Shown: positions 12,035 through 25,600, numbered from the stretch's first letter. The stretch is 64,000 nucleotides of DNA from Eledone cirrhosa (GCA_964016885.1 OZ024758.1:31868001-31932000), one strand, 5' to 3'. The notes: generated by a model from the letters alone, not told the origin. Translations and numbers: made by a program.

Positions 12035-13509
12035 TCTATAAAAGGCAGATTGTTGTTGTTGTGTGTGTGTGTGTGTGTGTGTGTGTGTCTGCATGTTCCA
12101 TGTTTATACATTTGCACAATTTCAAACCAATTCGACTCAAAGTCTGTAAGAATGTTGTAAATGATCCAACTTAGGTCAACGACTATTTATTTCATTCAAA
12201 CTCACCCACAATTACGGAAATGATAAAACTAAATACATGATACTTTACCCCTCTAATACAATCTGATAACCTCTCTCTACTCTCCTTAAAATTCGATAAA
12301 ACTACATACATGCTGCAACTTTCTTTTATATACGCTTAAACTTACAAACTTTAAGAGAGAGAGAACGTTTGTTTTTGAGTGTGGAACGGTCAAACATTTA
12401 TTTACTTCAATGACAAAGAGAACTTATTTCATTTCATACGAAACAACAATTATTCAAAAGCAACAGATAAACGCCAGGCTTTAATGCTAGTTATCTATAT
12501 ATCTAAAACAGAGAATGTCTTTCTGTCTGTCCGATCCCTAAAACTCGAGAACCACCAACCGATTGTTTTCAAACTTTACACATGTAATACTTATGGTCCT
12601 GTGAGTGTTTTGAGCAAAAGAAATTTTAAATCTTTTAGGCGATTTAGCGATATCTCTCTATAATTCAGTCTTTCGCTTTTTAGATAGATACATAGATATA
12701 ACGTTGTGCCCTTATAATATCTGTCTGTATGCCTAGCTGTCTGCATTATGACACTATGACGCGGTATGTGTGTGTGTATATATGTATATATATAGTGTGT
12801 GTGTATATATGTATATATATATAAATATATATATATAGTGTGTAACGTTTTTTGAAATATTTACTTCTGCATTCACAGATTGATTTTTTTAGTTTCAGAA
12901 GATCCCATTAAGGGTGAAAGCAGCGATTCTTTGCTTAAACTTTAATCTGTTATTTTAATATATATATATATATCGAAACAAATGAGATCGTGCAGGTGTC
13001 ACGACAAAAAAACACACAGTCCACGCTGTAAATGTGGCCGTGTAGGCAACACGGTAAAAACCTCCCAGCCCCACACTGTAAATGTGGTTGGTGTTAGGAA
13101 GGGCATCCAGCCGTAGAAAACCCGCCAGACAGTCCACGCTGTAATGTGGCCGTGTAGGCAACACGGTAAAAACCTCCCAGCCCCACACTGTAAATGTGGT
13201 TGGTGTTAGGAAGGGCATCCAACTGTAGAAAACCCGCCAGACAGTCCTATGCGAGCAAGACAACCACTCTTGCCTCAAGTGGGAAAACCCCCGTCCAAAC
13301 CCATGCAAGCGTGGAACACGGACGCTAAACCTGATGATGATGATGATGATGATGATATAACTATATATTCGTGTACAGATATTTTTGCATACTCAATAAC
13401 AAAATATAAACAAACGTATTTATTTCACGAGGCTCAATAAGGATAAATATATATCAAATATATAAGAACCCTAGAGCAAATCCCGAGCAATGCCGGGCTA
13501 TTCTGCTAG
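12035..13509 (+). mobile_element. Two head-to-tail non-autonomous Helitron-like elements (12035-12490, 12494-13509)
   Basis: Each starts tcta(ta) followed by a (TG)n/(TCTG)n tract and ends CTAG-t; the second has a subterminal hairpin cccgagcaatgccggg. Confidence 0.6.
12985..13357 (+). mobile_element. RTE 3'-UTR fragment or RTE-tailed SINE with internal ~113-bp tandem duplication
   Basis: Near-identical to 4870-5110; unit acagtccacgctgta...aaaacccgccag occurs twice; (GAT)n tail. Confidence 0.8.
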
Positions 13510-13993
13510 TTTAAACTAAAATCTTAAAACATAATTTGATATAAGAACTTTTTGTTAAGTTATGCTGTAAATACCATCTTTATAAAATGCTACTACTACT
13601 ACAGCCGAGTTTACATTCGCAAAGTATTTTAATAAATTTAGTAAATCCCTCCAAATTCTTTGTTAATTCAAACACTATGTATTTCATTAGAAATATGGTA
13701 ATAAAAGGTTTAAACCACTGCTGATTAAGAAGCTGGTAATTGTTGTTTAGTTCCAGATCATCTCTACATCAGCAGGCATTCTGAACAAAGGCATTCCATC
13801 TAAGATCATTCTATATTTTCTTTTCAGGCATAGTGTATCTAGGGTTACATTATACAATGTGTCTTTCCATTTTTTATGATGGTACAGTGTGATTTGAGGA
13901 AGATTTGGCCTGTTATTTCAAGCTGGTCAAACCATTTATTCCCTATTAGAGGCTGCTTTCAAAGTTGATGGTAAGTTAAGGTATTTTATCCTG

Positions 13994-14208
13994 TTAACCC
14001 TCTAGCATTTATGTTCTCTATATTTACTATTATATTTTCATGATAAAGGCTTTATCTCACATAATAATCAAATCTACGAGACTTTGATATTATTTACTTT
14101 GAGAACAATACCTTAACATCAGTTGAGTGGTCGCTTACAGCTGGTTTGAACAGAAAAAGGCCAGAGATTTCTGGGCGGATACAGCCAGTTTAAATGCCAA
14201 AGAGTTAA
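13994..14208. mobile_element. piggyBac-type MITE family B
   Basis: ttaaccctctagcattt ... aaatgccaaagagttaa. Confidence 0.7.
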
Positions 14209-14383
14209 GCAATCATTTCACAAGGTTATCTTTTATCTTTCCTTTTTTTTCTTTTTACCAAGAAAATTTTACCAAGAAAATTTTACCAAGAAAATTTGTG
14301 AGCAAAATAAGAAAGCAACTAGCAACTAACTCTTCATTCCTGGTTACAGTAAACTCACATCCCTTAATTTTATCTATCTATTT

Positions 14384-14585
14384 TATGAGGGTAGGCTGAA
14401 AAGTCCATAGGCTGACTTCAAAGAAGTGATGCTGGAGCTGTGAAATCTTGCATACATTAATTTCAACTCTTCTTATTAATAACTGCATTGTTTCTTTCTA
14501 GGGACTATGTTGAAAAATAAACCTCATTTGGTCATTCCATGAGAGTATCTTGGTCAGCCTATGAACTTTTCAGCTGAACCTTGTA
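14384..14585. mobile_element. Mariner-type MITE family A
   Basis: tatgagggtaggctgaaaagtccataggctgac ... gtcagcctatgaacttttcagctgaaccttgta. Confidence 0.8.
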
Positions 14586-14655
14586 TATTTCAATTGATAA
14601 ACAACAACATTGTGCAGGTTTCCAGCAGACTAGAACATTTCTTTCTATTCTTCAC

Positions 14656-14877
14656 TAAACCCTTTACCATTTACATTACTCTGTATTGTATTTTTGTGGT
14701 AAAGTCTCTCCTTCACATAATTATTTCACATAATATCAATTCTATGAGATTTTGATATTATTTATTTTGAGAACAAAACCTTAAAGTCGGTATGAGGGAC
14801 TAGTTATGGTCGGTTTGAATAGAAAAAGGGGAGAGATTTCTGGCCGGATACAGTAGGTTTAAATACTAAAGGGTTAA
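14656..14877. mobile_element. piggyBac-type MITE family B
   Basis: taaaccctttaccattt ... aaatactaaagggttaa. Confidence 0.7.
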
Positions 14878-16059
14878 AAGTGCACACATGTACATGATTT
14901 GTGTACAAAATTCCACCCACATTGCTATGGCTGAAGGCACTTGCTTAAAGTACAAATGCCTTGTTGTATCGCATTTCACTTCCTCTGTATTTCTGATGTT
15001 GTGTGCTTATCTTAGAAATCAATACTGAGTGTAATCAGTATTTTCAACCAATCAATATAACATGACAGTAAATATGTATACTGTCTAGAATTGGTGGGTT
15101 AGTGAATGTATGTGTCAATGTTAATTCAATTGGAAATAAAAACAAAAGGGGTATGAGCTGATATTTCATGTGTATGTAGGTACTTTCTCTCAGAGTATGT
15201 TCCCCTAGCTGTTATCATCATAGGCTTCCTTACAAAGGAATAGACCAAGTTGGGCCTGTACACTGTATCACTTGACCTCACTGCGACCCCAAGATCCTTT
15301 GCAAAGCTAACCTACAAGATACTCACTTACCATGTATGGCCATATGGAGCTCTTCATGAGGGAGGCAGCAGTGGTAGTGAGCTGTAAGCCAGAAGAGTTC
15401 CAAGCATGTGGGAAGTCAACATGAAACTTCCTCCAAACTATTCACTACTGCATTAGATACCTCACATCATTCTTATCATCATCATCATCATCCTTATCAT
15501 TTAATATCCATTTTCCCTTCTTGCAAGGGTTGGACAAGTCATGACAGACCAGTTCAGTAGTTAACTGATGCCAGTGACGGGTGAAGGGTTACTTCTTGCT
15601 TACATGCATTCCTGCCTTCTACAGAGTATACTGGATGCATCCTATTGTGGCACCAGCAATGGGGAGGTTGTCATGTCTTTGACACAACTGAAGAGTCCGC
15701 TTGGCTCTTTGTTTGGAAAGTTTTCTATAGTTGGATACCCTTTCTATCAATAACCAATTTATAGACTGTACTGAGTGTGTTTTAACATGGCACTAACACT
15801 AGAAAAGTTGTTGTACTCTTGACATAACTGGTGAGCCTTCTCAGCTCCTTTTTTTGGCATGGTTTTTGCAGCTGAATGCCCTTCTAGAAGCCTGTGATAT
15901 ATATACTCTGACTGGATTTCTAGTAGTTGAGAGGTGGGAAGGGTATGAATCAATTTCAGTCTCCCTTGCCATTGGATTTCTTTCACAGTCTTAACTGAGT
16001 AAAGAACAAAAAGACCATTTCTGAGATGGCTTCTTACAGATGACCTCAATAACAAATGA

Positions 16060-17400
16060 TAGCAACTTCATCATCCTGATTGGTAACATCAATGGATATG
16101 TTAGGCAGCACCAGGATGGTTACATTAAAGTGCAGGGTGTCTGTGAAAATTGTTCAAGAAATGAGGAGGGATGAAGGTTCCATTTGTAACACTAAAACTA
16201 GCATACCACTTGATCATCACCTACCAAACTGGTGAGCATACCATCCAGATTGACTTCATACTCATTAGAGAACAGGATAGACAGATGTTTATGAATGCTA
16301 AGTCCTTTTCTGGAGAAGAATGTACCACTCAACATAAGTTAGTTATTAGTGACATCAGAAATCCAGGAAAATCTGGAGCTGAAAGGTATGAGCGAAAGGA
16401 CCTCTCTGTTCAGAAAAGTTTTGTATGACACATATGATTTGTAAGATGGGGAGACAGATACATACGACATAGAAGACAATTAGAAGTTTTTATATGACAA
16501 TCTACTGCAAGCTACTGATAAGACCTAAAGCTGGAACAAGGTACCAGCCAGAAAAAGGGTGACTTGGTGGTGGAACAGAACTGTGGATAGAGCCATGGAA
16601 AATGGGGGCAGAAAAGAACAATATCAAGTAGATAAAAGAGAATCTAGATGGCAGGTTTACATAGCATGTAGAGAAACTAAAAGCAAGGGTTTTGTCAGTA
16701 ATTTGTGCAAAGCAGTGTGTCAGTGTGAATCAGGAAGTTGTTGGGGGAAAGTGTGTTTGGAATGATATTGATACACTTAACATCATCGATGTTCACAAGA
16801 AAGAGGTCTGAAAACGTTATTATGAGAAGTCGATGAATGAGTAGAATGAGGGGAAGGAAGACGGACTTGCCCCTGTAGACTCAACACATGGACCAGCTAT
16901 TGAAGTTGACAGTTGTAGGGTTAAAGAAGCAATGAAGGAAATTAAAAATAGAAATGTTGCTGGACCATCAGATAGGAACAACTTCAGAGAAATAAAACTG
17001 ATGGATCATTCATTATGAAAGTGAGAGAAACAATTTTAACACAACTAATTAAGAAAAACGTCAAATTAGCTGAGATACAGTTTGGTTTTGTACCAAGAAG
17101 GAGTACTAGAGATGCTGTCTTCTCAGTGAGACAATGATAAGAGAAGTTCCTAGCTAAGTATAAGCTGCTACTTCTGGCTTTTGTTGATCTGGAGAAAGCC
17201 TTTAACAGAATAACATGATCTATTATCTAGTGGTTTTGAAGGAAAATGGGTATAGATAGTGGCTTGTGAAAGCAGTGCCGAGGTACTCTTAATAAAGTGT
17301 GAGTAGGTAATGAGTTCTGAAAGTCCTTTTCTGTGTAGATAATGGCTAGCACCATTTCTAGTATGCCTTCTATTAACTGTGTAGAAAGCTTCATCTACCT
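16060..17400 (+). mobile_element. Heavily decayed RTE LINE (APE to RT)
   Basis: HLIITYQTG..QIDFIL..GEECTTQHKLVISD; TWWWN; cagtttggttttgtacc (QFGFV); gatctggagaaagccttt (DLEKAF); colinear with 60170-62775. Confidence 0.8.
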
Positions 17401-17410
17401 GTGTAAGTTC

Positions 17411-17754
17411 TACGAGGGTTGGCTGAAAGGTTCATAGGCTGACTATGAAGGAGTGATGCTAGTGATGTGAAATCTTGCATGCATTAATTTCAACGTTTTC
17501 TTTTAATAACTGCATTGTTTATTTCCAAGAATTATGTTGAAAATTAAACCTCATTTGGTCATTCCATGAGAGTATGCTGACTAAGAAGTGATGCTAGAGC
17601 TGTGAAATCTTGCATGCATTAATTATTAATTTCAACTCATTTTATTTATAACTGCATTGTTTCTTTCCAGGCACCATGTTGAAAAATAAATCTCATTTGG
17701 TCATTCCATGAGAGTATCTTGGTTAAACTATCGACTTTTCAACTGACTCTCATA
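17411..17754. mobile_element. Mariner-type MITE family A with duplicated interior
   Basis: tacgagggttggctgaaaggttc start; the ~135-bp interior is present twice before the right TIR. Confidence 0.8.
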
Positions 17755-17992
17755 TTTGTGTCAAAGGCATTAATAATATGTTTGGTATCTTCTTTTGCCT
17801 GGCTAGGGTGATTCAGCTTGTAACGACCATCACATCTCTTCGTCAACGTCTTCGTCACACTTTGAAAAATAAAGCACCCAGCAGCTGCTGTATAAAAATA
17901 CCTACTTACGGTACTCACCAGCCACCGAAACAACAAGAAAATATACATTAACAATCATTGTATAATAGTATTATTGCTGTTCTTAGTATTGT

Positions 17993-18044
17993 TACTAAAA
18001 CTACTACTACTACTACTACCACCACCACCACCACCACCACCATC

Positions 18045-18076
<32 letters not shown>

Positions 18077-18257
18077 CACTTCCAACACTACTACTACTAC
18101 TACCACTACTACCACTTCCAACACTACTACTACTACTACTACTACTACCACTACCACTACTACTACTACGACCACCACCACCACCACCACCACCACTACT
18201 ACTACTACCACTACCACCACCACCACCACTACCACTACTACTACTACTACTACTACA
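17993..18257. repeat. Compound (ACT)n/(ACC)n microsatellite
   Basis: Directly visible. Confidence 0.97.
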
Positions 18258-18451
18258 AGACCTTTCAGTTCATACTCGTTTGAGCTGACGAAAAAATGAC
18301 TGTTATGGCGAGGATACGAACTTGGTAACTTTTATTATCTAGAAATAGTAGAATATTGCATGATAGTGTGATGTGAACATAGGATGGAAATATAAACAGA
18401 GCATATAAATAAATTTACAGTAGAATAACATAACAAATATGTTTTAAATAT

Positions 18452-19266
18452 ATCTGTATATATATAAAATTAAGTATGTGTGTGTGTGTCTGTGTGTCTG
18501 TGTATTACATATAGGGGCCTACATCTTACGACCGATTTTCATGAAACTTTACAGGCTCATAGATTAGTCATTGGGGAGTGTTTTCCATATATCAGCGCAT
18601 CGTTTTCTTTTATTCCGGGATCATTCTGCAGATAAAAATCGATAGGGGGTCACCTTTTTTAAGGTATCGAAAAATAAGATTTTTGGCTCTAGCTCCCACA
18701 TTTTGCCACCGATTTCGTTCAAATTTTAAAGCAAAATAGAATTTATCATTGCACATCCTTAAATGGCTTTATATTTTGCATTTGTTGTTCAGGGATGTCG
18801 TGGCAGCCGCTTAAATATTCAAAAATACCACTTTTAGACTCAAATTTCCACATTTTCGGCTCTAGCACCCACATTAATCAACCTACTTTGTTCAAATTTT
18901 ACACTACGCTAGATCTGCTTATTTCACGTCTTAAAGTAGCTTTACATTTTGGATTTTTTGTTCAGGAACGGTGTGGCGGCCGCTTAAATATTCGAAAAAA
19001 CCATCTTTTCGCTCAAATTTCCGCCTTTTCGGCTCTAGCTCCCACATTTTTCAATTGATTTCGTTCAAATTCGAAACTCCCTCCCCCAGCATGCCCCTTC
19101 GTCAGTCACCCGCATTTCTCAGTGATAGTGGTCATCACCACCCTCCCCCGCATGGCCTGTGTGTGGCCATAGCTGAGTCATCGAGAAGCAGTCGCTAAGA
19201 TCAACACTTTTTCATCAAAGCAGATATTATTTTACCTACCCAGGCAACGCTGGGTACTGCTGCTAG
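18452..19266 (+). mobile_element. Non-autonomous Helitron-like element with internal ~180-bp repeats
   Basis: 5' (TA)n/(TG)n; repeated ttttcggctctagc(t/a)cccacat unit three times; 3' hairpin cccaggcaacgctggg then CTAG-t. Confidence 0.7.
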
Positions 19267-19618
19267 TACATAAATAACATTACAAATGCTTAGATAACAT
19301 TATAAATTGCTCGCGATTCTTTCAGAAAAATATATTCTTTTAATGTTACAATATTAAAGAAAAGGTAAAGGAAGGGGTGAACAACGGAGCCAACACCAGA
19401 ACAAAAGACAGCAACGAGGAGTACTGGGCAACCTCTCTACGAACTTACGAGGGAGATTCTCCTCCAATGCACGACCTGCTAGAATTAGCAGTCAAATCCC
19501 CTTCAAAATCACACCTCACCAGGGAAGGATAACATAGACATAGAAACACTATATCGGGGGGGGGGGGGTACTCATAGCTGAGTGACTCTAGTCATTACCT
19601 GCGACTAAACAGCAGCCT

Positions 19619-19651
<33 letters not shown>

Positions 19652-19729
19652 CATACATGCACACATATATATACATACACATACATACACACACAAAAAC
19701 ACGCAAGCAAACAACAAACATATACATTT

Positions 19730-19734
<5 letters not shown>

Positions 19735-19763
<29 letters not shown>

Positions 19764-20795
19764 TGTATGTATGCATGCATGCATGCATGTATGTATGTAT
19801 GTATGTATGTATGCAAGTATGTATGTATGTATGTATGTATGTATGTATGCAAGTATGTATGTATGTATGTATGTATGTATGTATGTATGTATGCAAGTAT
19901 GCATGCATGTATGTATGTATGTATGTATGTATGTATGTATGTATGTATGTATGTATGTATGCAAGTATGTATGTATGTATGTATGTATGTATGTATGCAT
20001 GCATGCATGCATGTATGTATGTATGTATGTATGTATGCAAGTATGTATGTATGTATGTATGTATGTATGTATGCAAGTATGCATGCATGTATGTATGCAA
20101 GTATGTATGTATGTATGTATGTATGCATGCATGTATGTATGTATGTATGTATGTATGCAAGTATGTATGTATGTATGTATGCAAGTATGTATGTATGTAT
20201 GTATGTATGTATGTATGTATGTATGCAAGTATGCATGCATGTATGTATGTATGTATGTATGTATGTATGTATGTATGTATGTATGTATGTATGCATGCAT
20301 GCATGTATGTATGTATGTATGTATGTATGTATGTATGCAAGTATGTATGTATGTATGCAAGTATGTATGTATGTATGTATGTATGCAAGTATGTATGTAT
20401 GTATGTATGTATGTATGTATGCAAGTATGTATGTATGTATGTATGTATGTATGTATGTATGTATGTATGTATGTATGCAAGTATGCATGCATGTATGTAT
20501 GTATGTATGTATGTATGTATGTATGTATGTATGTATGCAAGTATGTATGTATGTATGTATGTATGTATGTATGTATGCATGTATGTATGTATGTATGTAT
20601 GCATGTATGTATGTATGTATGTATGTATGTATGTATGTATGTATGTATGTATGTATGTATGCAAGTATGTATGTATGTATGTATGTATGTATGTATGTAT
20701 GTATGTATGTATGTATGTATGCAAGTATGCAAGTATGTATGTATGTATGTATGTATGTATGTATGTATGTATGTATGTATGCATGTATGTATGTA
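19735..20795. repeat. ~1.06 kb (ATGT)n tetranucleotide array with ATGC/AAGT variant units
   Basis: Directly visible; source of all long ORFs between 19.6 and 20.85 kb. Confidence 0.98.
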
Positions 20796-21092
20796 TAAGT
20801 GTGCGGAACTCAGAAGCCAGCATTTGATGTTAACTTCAAGTTTGCACTTTTAGAATGAGGTCACGATCGGAAGGGTGAATATTCACTGGAAATCAGGACT
20901 GGCTGCTTTCGTTCTCTTTATAAAACAAAGCTGCTTTAATATGTAAATGTATCAACCATTAATAAATATGATAAGTGGACTGGGTTTTTGGTTTCAACCA
21001 TGTTATTCCTTTGTTCTATATAGCTATTTATTATTTTTCTTCTTTAAATCTTAAATACAACACAAATTATATAATAAATGTATATATATATA

Positions 21093-21735
21093 CTAGCAGA
21101 GGTACCCGGCGTTGCACGGGATAAGGTATTTTTGGAACGCGGGCCGCCAACAGACCTAATCGTGGAAAAACTGCATGCCTGTACAATATGTAAAGAAAAT
21201 AAACCGAATACTCTGATGGTTGGATAATCTTTAAGATTTTCCTCGATGAAGCAGGAAAAGTGCAGGTTTTCACCTAATGCAGGCCCTAGGGGGATCAAGA
21301 AAATGATTTTTTATGTGCATAATATGCCTTGAAATTTCGGGAAAATCGGCTAGACGTAACACCTCAAAAAAGCCCTAAAAAGCTGAAAAAATAAAGTTTT
21401 TCACCTAATGCGGGCCCTAGACCATAAAAAAGTTGGATTTTCTGTGCTCACGGTATAAAGAAGAGACTGACTAATACATAGTTACAATTTCAAGGAAATC
21501 AGTCTGACATAACGCCTAAAAGAAACCCCAAAAAGCTGGAAAAACGCAGTTTTTCACCTAATGTGGGCCCTAGAGGATCAAAAAGTTGAATTTTTTTTAT
21601 GTGATGTGTATAAAACTCCCTGAAACATAAGTAATACACATGTAAAGTTTGAAAAAAATCGGTTGGGTACTTCTCGAGTTTAACACACACACACACACAC
21701 ACGCCCTTCCTTCCTCAGTTTTATATATATATACA
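21093..21735 (-). mobile_element. Non-autonomous Helitron-like element
   Basis: a-CTAG..cccggcgttgcacggg 3' end on the minus strand; three internal repeats (tttcacctaatg(c/t)(a/g)ggccctag); (AC)n near the 5' end. Confidence 0.7.
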
Positions 21736-21741
21736 TATAAA

Positions 21742-22173
21742 GATTAAAATAACAGATTAAATTTCAAGCAAAGTGTCGTTGCTTTCACCCTTAACGGGAT
21801 CTTCTGAAACTAAAAAAATCAATCTGTGAACACAGAAGTAAATATTTCGAAAAACGTTGCAACCGAAGGAAAACAGGAAGACGATACTTTGGTTCGTGAA
21901 GACATTCCCTGGCAATGAACGAAAAATAGCGAACATAATATGTCATCAATGTTTGTCATAATGTCGTAATGCAGACAGTCAGGCATACAGACATATATTA
22001 TAAGAACGCGACGGAGATGGATAACCAGCGCCTAACACACCTTTAACAACAGAAGTTAATATCTTTAGACCGCAAGGAATATATAAATGTAAGTTTGAAG
22101 TCAATCGGAGTAGAAATGTGGATTTGTATAGACTTTGCAAAAATGAGGACACACACACACACAGACAACAACA

Positions 22174-22190
<17 letters not shown>
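21742..22190 (-). mobile_element. Helitron-like fragment related to 12700-12960
   Basis: 21742-21858 is the reverse complement of 12845-12960. Confidence 0.55.
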
Positions 22191-22209
<19 letters not shown>

Positions 22210-22210
<1 letters not shown>

Positions 22211-22430
22211 CGAAGGAAGTGTGGTAAGGAACCAGGTGGACCATAACGCACCAGAGTACTCAATACTTAGGGTACTAGGGCAGGTAATAGGAAAATGTTC
22301 AAGACCTCGACGGCAGAGCTCAAGCCGTTTCGACGGCTATTTCTGGACTGAAATAACTGACTATTCCGTCCAGAAATAGCTGTCGAAACGGCTTGAGCTC
22401 TGCCGTCGGGGTCTTGAACATTTTCCTACA
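22210..22430. repeat. Fold-back element with ~60-bp arms (probable Penelope pLTR relic)
   Basis: taggaaaatgttcaagacctcgacggcagagctcaagccgtttcgacggctatttctggac / gtccagaaatagctgtcgaaacggcttgagctctgccgtcggggtcttgaacattttccta. Confidence 0.85.
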
Positions 22431-22940
22431 TATATATATATATAGACACTTGAATGAAAATCACCTATCCAACTCTATCACGTGCTTTGCATTATACCTC
22501 ACATAACAAATACCTACATTAGCACCACATGCCTCTCTAACAAATTGCACACTATCTTAAACATTTCTAACAATTATAACATGCTTTAACACCGCACACA
22601 AAATATGTTTATTTCAACTGCATTATAACTCTTTTCTCATACATGCCTTATTGACTGTCTTGACTTCTGCATTGTACACCCATAACATTAACTGTTCCCA
22701 ATGTTAAGATATCTTGTATCTTATGTATATCCTATCCCACACTTTTCCTTGCTTATAACTTTTTTGCCTGTACTTTTTGCTTATACTTCTTACACTTGCT
22801 GCCTGTAATTGTGTTCTCTCAAGCATAACATCTTTTTAACTCCTGATTCTCCACATGATGTCTATGACACTAACAACACTTATATACCCTAAATGTTCTG
22901 AATGACTAGGATTTTAGTCACATGTTTCGACATTCCCTAT

Positions 22941-22985
22941 GCTCCGATGATTCCAGACTTCCCTCTGGAAGAAACAATTGTCAGC
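22941..22985 (+). ncRNA. Minimal type I hammerhead ribozyme-like motif (Penelope type)
   Basis: gct-CCGAUGA-uuccag(acuucccu)cuggaa-GAAA-caauug-UC-agc: core with U4C variant, 6-bp stem II, palindromic stem III. Confidence 0.65.
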
Positions 22986-23022
22986 AAATAAATGTCCTAA
23001 ATTAAAATTTGATCGTTTTAAC

Positions 23023-23054
<32 letters not shown>

Positions 23055-23169
23055 CTTGGGGAGGGTCATATTTGTGTAATATTGCCAGAATTAATAACAG
23101 AACACACTCACTGTTTGGTTGGTTTTCGCTTTTCGCTTCTGTGTCTTTTATATTGGTTAATTTAATTTA

Positions 23170-25600
23170 TTCGGTCCTCAATGTTGCCATTGACTGACCA
23201 AAGGTCTGGTAGGATGTCAATAGACAACATGCCGAACTACATCAAGGCTATGCAACCCCACATTACCAACACGAGCGAAATTGCACAGCAAATACATGAT
23301 AGGAAAGAGAAAATCCTCAACACTCACATGATGTGGACAGACATCCTAAAGCCAAGCAGACGCACTGCCAACAACTTCTAGGTGTCTAACAATGGCATAC
23401 CACCCTTGTATGGGCTCCGCAAAGACCACAGACAGTCGACGACCCGACAACAGGACCACCAACAAGATCCGTATGCGGAGCAAATATAGCTAGCAACTAC
23501 AGGATCTCCTACTTCCTCTCAATGGTTATACACCCCATAATCAAGATGTCCCCAGATGTATGTGACAGTACAGAGAACCTCCTCAGCAGAATCAGTGAGT
23601 GCAACAAAAACAGGAACCTATCCAACTGCATTATAGGCAGCATGGATGTGGTATCACTGTACCCATCCATTAACATTGATTTTGCTGTGGAAAAATGTGT
23701 GGAGATGATCATTGAGAGTGAGGTGGAGTTCTGCGACGTCGACACAGACAAACTGGGCCTCCTACTTAGACTTACCTATGACACTGACTACCTAGACAGC
23801 CATGACCTTAGATGTTTCTGCCCTAGTAGACCCATAAGAGGTAGACCCCCACCATAACCTCAATGGCAAAAAAGACTCCCATGGGAAGGTGGATTGGGTG
23901 GACCAAAGCTATACGGACGCCCCAAAACAATGATCAGGTAAGAAAAATGGTCGCACATGCAATAGGGGCTAGTATCAAAACTACCCTAAAGGGCCACATA
24001 TTCAAGTTCAACGAGAAGATCTACACCCAAAATGAGGGAGCAGCCATTGGCGTCAGCATAGCTGGTGACGTTGCCAACCTTTTTATGGTATGGTGGGAAA
24101 GGTGACTTAAAGATCTCCTTAATGAGAGCTCCATAGACCTCATCATGTAGACGATATCAATATAGTTATAAGAACATCCCCACAAGAGAGCACTAACAAG
24201 TTTGATTTAGAACGTAGCACAATGGAAAGCATCCAGCAGATAGCTAATTCCATACACCAGAGTATAACTGTAACTATCGACTACCCTTCCAAACACCCTA
24301 ACAATAGACTACCTGTGTTAGACACGGAACTCTGGATTAACACTATAGAGGAGAGAGCCCAAATTCTCCACTCACACTATGCTAAACCCATGGCCTCCAA
24401 ATACCTGATACTCAAAAAACTCAGCAATGTCCAGTAGTGCTAAGTTTAATATTCTGATCGCAGACTTGGTACGAGTGATGAAGAACGTGTCCCGCATGTG
24501 TGACCCAACAGAAATGGAAAGACACATCCAACACTTCATCAACCGCATGCAGTTCTCTGGCTACAACCAAAGAGACAGAGTCAGAGTATACGAAGGAACG
24601 ATGGAGAAGTATAAGACCCTCATAGAACTGGACATGAAAGGAATTTGCCCATTATACAGGAGCAAATCATGGAATAGCTTAGATAGGGCTAGACATAAGA
24701 TAGGGAAAGCCACCTCATGGTACGACAACCAAAGATACCAGAGTGTCATGTTTGTGGACGCTACCCCTGGAGGGAAATTAGCTAACCAGTGTAGAAAGGC
24801 CCTGAGAAAGACCCACTTAAAAATTAAGGTCGTAGTAAAGCCAGGAACCACCATAAAATCCCTGATCAGCAAAACCTACCCTTTTAAGAAAACCCACTGC
24901 ACTAATAGGAAATGTATCATATGTAAGGTAAACCCCCGGATAAACTGTAAAACTAGAAACGTAGTCTATAGCATAAGATGTACAGAGGGTACTTGCAGAA
25001 ACATGACAACAACATACATAGGCGAGACAGCTCGTAGCATATGTGAAAGGATAGACCAACACTGGGGAGAACTAAAAGGACGAAAAAACGGTTCAGTACT
25101 ATACGAACATGCCACACGATGGTAACATAGACAACATAGAAATTAGAATAATATCTAAACATAGAAATGACCCAGCAGATAGGCAAATCAGAGAGGCCAG
25201 TGAAATAGAACTTAGAAGGCCAAGGCTAAACAGAAAAAATGAATGGAATAACAACACCCAAACAAACCACACTGACCTAAGAGAAGTATAAATAAATAAA
25301 TAAATAGATAAATAAATAAATACATACACAAGCACAATAACAACAAACACATATAAACACACACTAGTAAAGATAGAATACATTAACCAATACACAGTCA
25401 CCCAATCACGAACACACATCAAACAAAACACTATACACACACGCAAACGCATGCGCAAAGAAGACAAAATAAAATAAACAAATAAATAAATATATAAACA
25501 GACTAAATAAAGATGGCGTAGAAAATACAATGCAACAGGAGGAAACAATAGCACCACTGACGATGTTGCAGATGTGCAACGAAAGAACTTTGATAAACTA
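23170..25600 (+). mobile_element. Penelope-like retroelement (RT + GIY-YIG endonuclease), decayed
   Basis: IGSMDVVSLYPSI, QNEGAAIGVSIAGDVANLFM, LPVLDTELW, NVVYSIRC...YIGETARSICERIDQH; several frameshifts and stops. Confidence 0.92.
25553..25595 (+). ncRNA. Hammerhead ribozyme-like motif at the Penelope 3' end
   Basis: CUGACGA-u-guugca(gaug)ugcaac-GAAA. Confidence 0.7.

Noticed and set aside
17948-18299. Poly-Thr/Val/Leu-Pro ORFs resembling mucin
   Set aside because: Trinucleotide microsatellite with no flanking coding signal.
19595-20853. Six long ORFs (MYVC/HTYI repeats)
   Set aside because: Translations of the (ATGT)n microsatellite.
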